Part shown: one piece after another, positions 57,032-64,000 of the stretch
Layout of the letters: each line of letters begins with the position of its first letter
Position numbering within the stretch: the stretch's first letter is position 1
Origin: a virus
Strand: one strand, 5' to 3'
Virus record (IMG/VR): IMGVR_UViG_3300037755_000497
Location: 1 to 64,000 of that record
Length of the DNA stretch: 64,000 nucleotides
Made by a program: the position numbers and the translations under genes
The notes under the pieces: generated by a model
The model's database searches: none
The model's input: the letters and a program-made list of their open reading frames with translations, nothing else
Told to the model about the DNA's origin: nothing

Positions 57032-57571
57032 TTACCAGTTTATTTTTATAAATATGTTTACTGCAATATTTCGCATTCTAGTTTCACCAGCATTGGTTGC
57101 TGATGTTCTAGCATTTGGGGAAAATGAAGAGTCGAATGAAAACTGTCTTTCAGAATTAGAACCAGTAGTTGCACGTGCAGATGTTCCACTAACTGTACTT
57201 CTTAAAGCTCCTGCACTTCCTGATAGTGCCCAGACTCTATCTAACGGGCCACCCTCAATTTTTTGCATTTGATCCATTTGATTGCTACCTAATGCTCTTT
57301 CTGTTTCATCTTCAAACCCATCATTTCTTCCATGGTTCTTACCTCTTAAAACTAATCCTCTAGCATCATCTAAAACAGTCATTCCAGTTAAACTAGCTAA
57401 GTCAGTTCCTTCAACATTTCTATCATCATAGAGAACCCAGCTATTTCCGTTTAAAGCTTGAAATTGTTCTTCTGATAGTCGGCTGTGTCTTATATCACCA
57501 ATTGAAGGGCCTAACCCTGCTTTTGCTAACAATTGACTAAACTTTTTACTTCCTATTACACCAAAATTCAT
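57032..57571 (-). CDS. Tail collar domain protein
   Basis: IGDI...WVLYD...DARGLVLRG...GSNQMDQMQ...ETRMRNIAVNIFIKIN. Confidence 0.8.
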   Translation of the reverse strand: MNFGVIGSKKFSQLLAKAGLGPSIGDIRHSRLSEEQFQALNGNSWVLYDDRNVEGTDLASLTGMTVLDDARGLVLRGKNHGRNDGFEDETERALGSNQMDQMQKIEGGPLDRVWALSGSAGALRSTVSGTSARATTGSNSERQFSFDSSFSPNARTSATNAGETRMRNIAVNIFIKINW

Positions 57572-57602
57572 ATTTAGTTACTCCAATTATTTAATTACTA
57601 CC

Positions 57603-58823
57603 TTATACATTATAAGTTAAATTTCCATAAATAGTAGAATCCGTTCTTGCTGAACCCACCCCACTATAGTTTCTATATGTCATAGTAAGGATTCCTGTAG
57701 TCGTTGTTGCCATATCAAAAACTTCACTCGCTGATGCCCTATATACATTACTTTTATCGTTAGTAGGCCTTGCCCAATCCGGTATTAAGGATGCGGCAGA
57801 GGACACCGTAACTAATGAAGCATGCGTTGGTAAACTCTCTACGCTTATAGTTACTTGATTATTCACCCTAACAATTTTAATTGTTCCAGAGATGAAGCCA
57901 CCACTCCCAGTTAAATCAATTATAATACTATTATCAGAAGTGTGTATGCTCTCTAGGTTCGATATTTTATTTTCGTTTACAAGCACTCTTTGGCCGAATA
58001 AAGCTAAATCTAAATTAGTAACCCCGTTCCATCTGGAAACATCATAACCAAATTCAGTAGCTAAATCTTGCTTCATTAAATCTATGTCACCAGCAAGCTT
58101 ATCCATAAGTAATTGATGTGAATTGCTAGGTCTATGAATAAATGCACCGATAAAATGTCCAGCAATGTTTTCACCACCAGCACCACCAGCATTTCTAAAT
58201 CTAATTAAATTGCTTCTTCCACCAGAAGTTCCAACTTCTATAAAGTCACCATCATTATTAAAATCATTACTAGAGCATCTAAACATTGGTTGCATGTTTC
58301 CGGCTTCACCACGCATAATAAAGTATTCACCAATTTGTTTTGATGGGTAAGCGTTTATTGTGAAATCTCTGGGTAATACAAAATCAGTTTCATCCTCAAG
58401 AAGCGTACCAGCAATGGACATAGGTTCAGCATCAACTGCTAAGGTGTGTGTTCTAGGTGCAAAGTCTACATAACCTAAAAATATTTCACCTTCTTGTGCT
58501 GGTTCAATTTTAAGTCTAATTTGTGAATTATCAATCCATTCATAATCATAGTAATCGTAAAGTTGTCCACCACGAATTCTTGAAACTAATTTAAATTGAT
58601 GTCTAAATTCACTTTGAGATAAACCTAGCTGAACAAATAATGAAGGTGATGATTGTTGAAACCCAACCATTGATGCTGGAAGTGTTAAATCATTCAGATT
58701 GATAACTAGTTGTCCACCTGTTGCTTCATGAGCAAACTTTATTACCTTCATTGATCTTGCTAGTGGTTTATGACCAGCAATCTCTTTTTTAGTTCCAAAA
58801 TTGTTTGATTTACTAGTAAACAT
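57603..58823 (-). CDS. Tail fibre-associated structural protein
   Basis: Beta-rich, coiled-coil linker, fibre-tip-like C-terminus. Confidence 0.6.
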   Translation of the reverse strand: MFTSKSNNFGTKKEIAGHKPLARSMKVIKFAHEATGGQLVINLNDLTLPASMVGFQQSSPSLFVQLGLSQSEFRHQFKLVSRIRGGQLYDYYDYEWIDNSQIRLKIEPAQEGEIFLGYVDFAPRTHTLAVDAEPMSIAGTLLEDETDFVLPRDFTINAYPSKQIGEYFIMRGEAGNMQPMFRCSSNDFNNDGDFIEVGTSGGRSNLIRFRNAGGAGGENIAGHFIGAFIHRPSNSHQLLMDKLAGDIDLMKQDLATEFGYDVSRWNGVTNLDLALFGQRVLVNENKISNLESIHTSDNSIIIDLTGSGGFISGTIKIVRVNNQVTISVESLPTHASLVTVSSAASLIPDWARPTNDKSNVYRASASEVFDMATTTTGILTMTYRNYSGVGSARTDSTIYGNLTYNV

Positions 58824-58834
58824 ATTTTAATTCC

Positions 58835-59521
58835 TTAATATAAATTCCAATCTGGTTCAACTGCATCAATTCCCTGTTTGAAAACTGTAATATCTACATC
58901 TAAATTTTCAAATCCGTTATCACTGAACCTGTTAACATCAAATCTAAATGTTGACGTTGTTTTCTCTCTGATAACTGTACCCCTTGAACCAACCCCTAAT
59001 TCATTTTGAGATACACTTGCTTGTATAACTGGCACCACTATAAGTGGTATATTTATAGTTCCACGAAAATCACCAGTAGCGTTTCTAGTAGCTGTTATCG
59101 CTCCTATAATATCTTCTGAACTTATAGGGATTGGACTAACTACTTGGCTACAGTCAAATCCTGTAGAAAAATTTGTCTTATTTATTTCGCTAAAAAAATA
59201 CACTTTAAAAACATCACCACTTCCATCAGTATAAAATGCACCAACTTTTTTATAAGCATTAAATCCAGAAGGTTTAATCTTACTTGTCGATGTCACTAAC
59301 CCAACTGTTCCACTTGAAACAACTAGATATACATAATAAAAAGTTGAAGCCGCAATTACACCAGAATCTAATCCACCTAAACCAGTTGTTCCTGTATTAA
59401 GTAAAAGTTGTGTTTTTTGATTAATTAAGTGCCCACCTACAACAAGCCTAGAACCTAATGGTAAGCTTATTTGCGTAGCGTTCACTTTTTCTAAATCTGT
59501 TAAAATTGTTTTTGCAAACAT
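58835..59521 (-). CDS. Tail fibre-associated structural protein
   Basis: GLGGLDSGVIAASTFYYVY pattern. Confidence 0.6.
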   Translation of the reverse strand: MFAKTILTDLEKVNATQISLPLGSRLVVGGHLINQKTQLLLNTGTTGLGGLDSGVIAASTFYYVYLVVSSGTVGLVTSTSKIKPSGFNAYKKVGAFYTDGSGDVFKVYFFSEINKTNFSTGFDCSQVVSPIPISSEDIIGAITATRNATGDFRGTINIPLIVVPVIQASVSQNELGVGSRGTVIREKTTSTFRFDVNRFSDNGFENLDVDITVFKQGIDAVEPDWNLY

Positions 59522-59529
59522 ATCTTTCC

Positions 59530-62500
59530 TTATGGTGTAAACTTACTTGTTGTTATTAAGTTATTATACTCTTTTAATTCCACAAAAGTTTGCTCTGGTG
59601 TACCATCCCCTTGGATGATTTCTGAAACATTAGGACATACTGATTGAAAAGTAATTTCTGTAGCTGTTGCTTGAAAAGTTATCAATCTTGAAAATCTATA
59701 TCTTCCTGTAACTGAACCAGTCCCACCCTCACCATTAGCTTCACATCTTAATAAGACATTACTATCGTGGTTTGCAATAAGTGAAACACCATTACCAACA
59801 TTGTATTGAGCATCGAAAGACATGTTTAATTCATACCACTTTCCAATGGTTAAGTTAGCTAATTTTAAATCGGTCACATCAGCAATACTTGTGCTTATAG
59901 GTGCGGTTAAAAACCTTCTTTGAAAATAAATAATATGCTCTTTAACTACTGCACCAACATCATCTTTAATTACAATGTTATCATCATTATCAATGGTAAA
60001 TTCCCTTACTTCACCATCATTTCTTTTACAGGCATATCCTCTACCACTAGTTTTAAATCTACCAGCATGAATTTCTGCAAGGTCACCAGAATTTTGTTCT
60101 AAATTATCTACAGCAACACCATCATTTTGAGTTAAAATAATTTCTAGTATTTCACCTGGAAATTCCAGAACACCACTTTCAAGTTTAATAGTATGAGTTT
60201 CATTATCTAATGTGAAACCAGCACCGTGCATGAAAGTTTGGCCAGTGTTATTAATTAACATTCTTAAGAAACTAGGGTGCGGTATAAACCCTGTTACTGG
60301 AATAGATTGAATATTATCGTCACCATTTACAGTTACTTTCTGATAATTTTCAACACCGACATCAGAAATATAAACGCCATTTCTTCTGAAGGCCATACTG
60401 TAACCTAAAATGGATACATCATCATTAGCAGCTGTATATTTAAACCTTAAATCATGGCTTCTACCCTCAAGTAAATGACCTATAGAATTGCCAGCTACAT
60501 CGGCCCATACTGCGCCATCGTAAACTTTTGAATCTGGTATCCCTGGTGCTGATGAATCAACTTCAATTGCAATTTCATCTACACCAGCATCATAAGATGC
60601 TTTATAATCAGCATCAGTATCAATTACGATGTGGTATTTATCACCTGGAACAAGCATTAAGTTTTGTAATGTTAATTCGATTAGGTTAGTGCCAGCACTT
60701 AGTGTAGAAACTGCAATATAACCTGAATCGTAAACAGCATTTAATAAATCAGGTTCACCAGCATCATCTTTTAGAATTAATATTCTGTATGAACCTAAAG
60801 GTGTACCAGTTTTAAATACTTCTATTGATAGTTTTCTGTAAGCACTAACTAAAGCATTACCTAAAAATTCTTGTGATCTATTAGCAAAGGCCGTTCCATC
60901 ATCAAGTGCAAGTGTAGCATCATTATTTGCTAGGCCATATTCAACTAATGATGAAATTACAGCTTCATCAGTAAATGAATGTTTAAAATACTTAACACCA
61001 TTGGCCCTGCTTTCAAATTCTACAACTTGAAATTCGTTGCCATCCCTAGTTACTTCTAGTACGCCATCATCTTCTTCAAAATCATCTGGCATTACAATTA
61101 GAAATTCCACTTCTAAAATATCTAGTATGAAATCAAGAAATTCAGATTGCACTTCTGGAAATTCCGTTGTGTCTAAATGATTAATTGATTGAAGTATGCT
61201 TCCAGTATCTAAATTGTATTGCTTATTAACAGTGTCGTAAATTGCAGTTGTTTCACCAGCATCAACATAATCGCTTCCTGAATTTGAAAATACATTTTTT
61301 GCTTGGTGAACAAATGGGCTATCCTGGAACCAATCGTCAATAACATCATCGGTTTTTGAGGCATCGCCACTACCACCACCTGAACCACCAACTGGTATTC
61401 TTATAATATTTGTTTCAACTAAATCATTAATTGCTGTTACTGATACACCACTGTCATTTTGAACAGCGATTACCGCAAAAGCAATTGAACCTTCGGCAAT
61501 AGGTGGGTTAGGTGTATTGGCCGAAGTTGTACCAAAGTTCCCAGCTTGTGTGGTGTCATTCGATAAAACTAAAATTTCGTTATTTTGAAGTAAATTAAGT
61601 GAATATTTAAACCACTTATCAGCTTGGCCCGTAAAATCAACAGGTGTAAAGGTATCACCACCACCTGTTATAATACCTGTAGCAAAATCAATATTTCCAC
61701 CAGCGTAATTTGAAAGTAATGAACCATTAGGTAAACGATATGTCGAACCATCGGCCAATGAAACAAAAGATGGCGAAATTAAAATTAATGTACTCGCTGG
61801 ATTTTCTGGCACAACTCTAAGAAGTTTTCTATTTATTGTTTCATCATAAACTTCATTTAAACTTGCAACAATAGCAATTTCTGATAAATCACTATTTTTT
61901 GCGTAGGGTGATGCACCACCTGTTAAAACATCTTTACCAGCTTTAGCACTTTCTACAGCTATCAAATCCCTACCAGCTGTTAAGTCCCTTTTAACCGTTA
62001 CATCACCAGTAGAAAGAATTTCCATTAGCAAATTAGCTGCACCGATTGCTTGGTTATAAAATTTATATGAATTTGTACCATTAGCATCAGCATCAATTAT
62101 ATAAATTAAATCTGTTAATGATCTTTGAACAGAATTAAAAGTTACTGTATCAGTATTGATGTCATCACCGAAAGTAGTATTACCAGTAACCGTTAAATTG
62201 GACTGGAAAATAGAGCTTACCGCTGCTAAATTTTGGAAGTATGCATTCCCATGGGCATCAATATAAGCAATTAAAGAACCGCCTGAATCCCTGATACCCC
62301 ATTTAATACCTTGAAGACCTGAACCACCAATTGAATTAAACAATGTATGCGAAACTGGGATGTCTGGGGTATCTTCATCGGATGCATTAACTTGTGTATC
62401 AAGTTGAAGGCCGGTTGTAGTTTGTTTTGTTGTGATCGTCTCTGGTGTAATATCGGTATGTGTACCATCAACTAAACTATGTTCAGTTCCAAAAAGTGAA

Positions 62501-63312
62501 GTGATACCAACAAGGCCAAATGAAAGATTATTTACATCAGACTGGTCAAATGTACTTGGTGAATTTCCATTATCACCTTCAATAATCCCAATGAATAAAA
62601 TATCAGGGTCAAGTCTTAGGTCAGTGTTTCTTCTTACAGTAGAACCAATTGCAAAAACTTGGTAATCACTAGGGTCAACAGATATGCTTCCAATTGTTTG
62701 CCCTAATGCTGTTAATGTTTCAATTTTATTATTTACACCATCCCAAATTACTGTTGCTTCTTCAAATGTATCAGCTTGTGAAACTGGGTTCTTTAAATAT
62801 ACTAAAACTTTTCTTCCAGCATTAGAAACACCAGCTTCAAAAATTGAATCTACAGTTATAGTTAAAGTTTCATCACCATCATCAACTACAACATCAGGTT
62901 CAGCTAGTTCACCAATTCTTTCTTGTGTGAAGGTATATTTAATTTCACCAGTTCTAACATTTATTTCCGTATTCGCTGGTATATCTTGAAATCTTAATCC
63001 TACATAGTAATCAATACCTGTTGCATTTTCAAAAGGGATGTTATTAGCATCAATCGAATCAAGATTTATTATGTGCCCAGGTGGGCCATCAGTTCCAATT
63101 AGTGGTGTTACAATATCGAATGTGTCTGGTGTATCCGAAGATAAGATTTGTACAACATTTATGTCTGGTTCAAATACGCCGTTTGATTGCCAAACCTGTG
63201 CAAAACTTTCTAAAATTAATGTATGTAAATAATCCAAAAAGTTTTCGGTTATTTGTTGCTGTGGAAGAAATTTTTTCAAATAAATTGAAACTTTTTTATC
63301 ATTTGTGGACAT
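59530..63312 (-). CDS. Large baseplate/tail fibre protein
   Basis: 1260 aa, acidic, beta-rich, GGSGGGSG linker, heads fibre cassette. Confidence 0.65.
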   Translation of the reverse strand: MSTNDKKVSIYLKKFLPQQQITENFLDYLHTLILESFAQVWQSNGVFEPDINVVQILSSDTPDTFDIVTPLIGTDGPPGHIINLDSIDANNIPFENATGIDYYVGLRFQDIPANTEINVRTGEIKYTFTQERIGELAEPDVVVDDGDETLTITVDSIFEAGVSNAGRKVLVYLKNPVSQADTFEEATVIWDGVNNKIETLTALGQTIGSISVDPSDYQVFAIGSTVRRNTDLRLDPDILFIGIIEGDNGNSPSTFDQSDVNNLSFGLVGITSLFGTEHSLVDGTHTDITPETITTKQTTTGLQLDTQVNASDEDTPDIPVSHTLFNSIGGSGLQGIKWGIRDSGGSLIAYIDAHGNAYFQNLAAVSSIFQSNLTVTGNTTFGDDINTDTVTFNSVQRSLTDLIYIIDADANGTNSYKFYNQAIGAANLLMEILSTGDVTVKRDLTAGRDLIAVESAKAGKDVLTGGASPYAKNSDLSEIAIVASLNEVYDETINRKLLRVVPENPASTLILISPSFVSLADGSTYRLPNGSLLSNYAGGNIDFATGIITGGGDTFTPVDFTGQADKWFKYSLNLLQNNEILVLSNDTTQAGNFGTTSANTPNPPIAEGSIAFAVIAVQNDSGVSVTAINDLVETNIIRIPVGGSGGGSGDASKTDDVIDDWFQDSPFVHQAKNVFSNSGSDYVDAGETTAIYDTVNKQYNLDTGSILQSINHLDTTEFPEVQSEFLDFILDILEVEFLIVMPDDFEEDDGVLEVTRDGNEFQVVEFESRANGVKYFKHSFTDEAVISSLVEYGLANNDATLALDDGTAFANRSQEFLGNALVSAYRKLSIEVFKTGTPLGSYRILILKDDAGEPDLLNAVYDSGYIAVSTLSAGTNLIELTLQNLMLVPGDKYHIVIDTDADYKASYDAGVDEIAIEVDSSAPGIPDSKVYDGAVWADVAGNSIGHLLEGRSHDLRFKYTAANDDVSILGYSMAFRRNGVYISDVGVENYQKVTVNGDDNIQSIPVTGFIPHPSFLRMLINNTGQTFMHGAGFTLDNETHTIKLESGVLEFPGEILEIILTQNDGVAVDNLEQNSGDLAEIHAGRFKTSGRGYACKRNDGEVREFTIDNDDNIVIKDDVGAVVKEHIIYFQRRFLTAPISTSIADVTDLKLANLTIGKWYELNMSFDAQYNVGNGVSLIANHDSNVLLRCEANGEGGTGSVTGRYRFSRLITFQATATEITFQSVCPNVSEIIQGDGTPEQTFVELKEYNNLITTSKFTP

Positions 63313-63340
63313 ATTAAAATTTCCTTATATTAATCAATTT

Positions 63341-63369
63341 AGTATAACAATGTATAACATGAAATACAA
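63341..63369 (-). promoter_or_regulatory. sigma70 promoter overlapping GTATAACAATGTATAACAT operator
   Basis: TTGTAT-N17-TATACT upstream of the large fibre gene. Confidence 0.6.
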
Positions 63370-63379
63370 AGCAAAATTA

Positions 63380-64000
63380 CTACAGGTCAAAACCTGGTGC
63401 TATTGTTCGTACATCAGTAGGTATTACCATCATTTCTATTTCGTCAATCTTCATAATAGTTGACGCATTAGTTTTCATCCCAAATTTCCCTTTTGTAAAG
63501 GAAGCATCTATAATTTCATGCTGTTTGTTTGAATCAACATAGGCCTTTATTACAGTGTCACCATTGGCCGCGCTTAGATCGGTTATAACAGTGAATATAT
63601 AACTTGCTTGTGGAACTATGTCTTCTGTTACTGGGGCACTAATTTGGGTGGTTACACCACCTACAACCTTGTATAAAGAAGTTTCCCTATTGACAGTATC
63701 AATTCTAAATTCGTAATAGTTATTTATGTCCTGGAAGAAGAATAAAACCGAGAATACGCCCCCAGTTGACGAAGCATTTTCTGCTTTAACTTGAAGCACA
63801 ATGTCTTGAAATTCAGTGTCACCAAAAACCGATGTATTTACTATGGTGCTTGGTGCTAATTCCATTTGAAATTCACTATTGACATTAGCTGAACCTTGTG
63901 CAACGTTAAATTGCCCGATGCCATCTACAAAATCATCAAAAAATCTAATAAATATTACATTAATTCTTTCTGATACTGGACGCATAAGATTTAAGATTCT
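63380..64000 (-). CDS. Baseplate wedge-like protein, 5'-truncated by window edge
   Basis: Frame open to edge; ...LMRPVSERINV followed by lectin/LamG-like beta domain. Confidence 0.55.
   Translation of the reverse strand, partial: RILNLMRPVSERINVIFIRFFDDFVDGIGQFNVAQGSANVNSEFQMELAPSTIVNTSVFGDTEFQDIVLQVKAENASSTGGVFSVLFFFQDINNYYEFRIDTVNRETSLYKVVGGVTTQISAPVTEDIVPQASYIFTVITDLSAANGDTVIKAYVDSNKQHEIIDASFTKGKFGMKTNASTIMKIDEIEMMVIPTDVRTIAPGFDL

Noticed and set aside
55075-59521. Diversity-generating retroelement acting on fibre genes
   Set aside because: No reverse transcriptase and no TR/VR near-duplicate pair seen in the window
1158-63317. Most plus-strand ORFs in the track
   Set aside because: Antisense shadows of well-supported minus-strand genes; only 49658-49900 has independent support
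1-64000. Stop-codon reassignment
   Set aside because: Core genes are full-length under the standard code, and TAA, TAG and TGA all terminate genes

Overview
This is a 64-kb slice of a large, AT-rich (roughly 30-33% GC by eye) tailed dsDNA bacteriophage. Almost every gene is on the minus strand, and the standard code gives intact genes. In transcription order (right to left) it contains: baseplate/tail-fibre and receptor-binding genes (54.4-64 kb); a lysis region with holin, lipoproteins and a lysozyme-family endolysin (49.9-54.4 kb); two wHTH-like genes and an iteron-like repeat array (candidate origin, about 48.1-48.5 kb); and a full replication/recombination module (SF2 helicase, primase-helicase, UDG-fused PolA, UvsY-like, gp32-like SSB, UvrD, 5'-3' exonuclease, intein-containing RecA, Mre11/Rad50 pair, C5 methyltransferase, RuvC). 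Further left are nucleotide metabolism genes (dNMP kinase, ThyX, MazG), many small accessory genes, peptide deformylase, a complete tmRNA, an NAD-dependent ligase and a minimal tyrosine recombinase. Two candidate novel systems stand out. (1) A bacterial-type histone-fold gene (45724-45915) lies directly upstream of a Zn-ribbon / ~130-residue poly-D/E / SAP-like protein with histone-chaperone-like architecture; a second poly-acidic protein (SSB) shares an identical 35-nt translation-start region, and there is an HU/H1-like protein, suggesting a phage chromatin kit. (2) A coiled-coil DIP1984-like gene with its own sigma70 promoter is followed by a ~418-nt structured ncRNA closed by a 16-bp terminal stem, containing a circularly permuted tRNA-like (YrlA-type) domain and a 7-nt-period AAAG repeat tract. 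All family assignments come from motif recognition by eye; no database searches were run.
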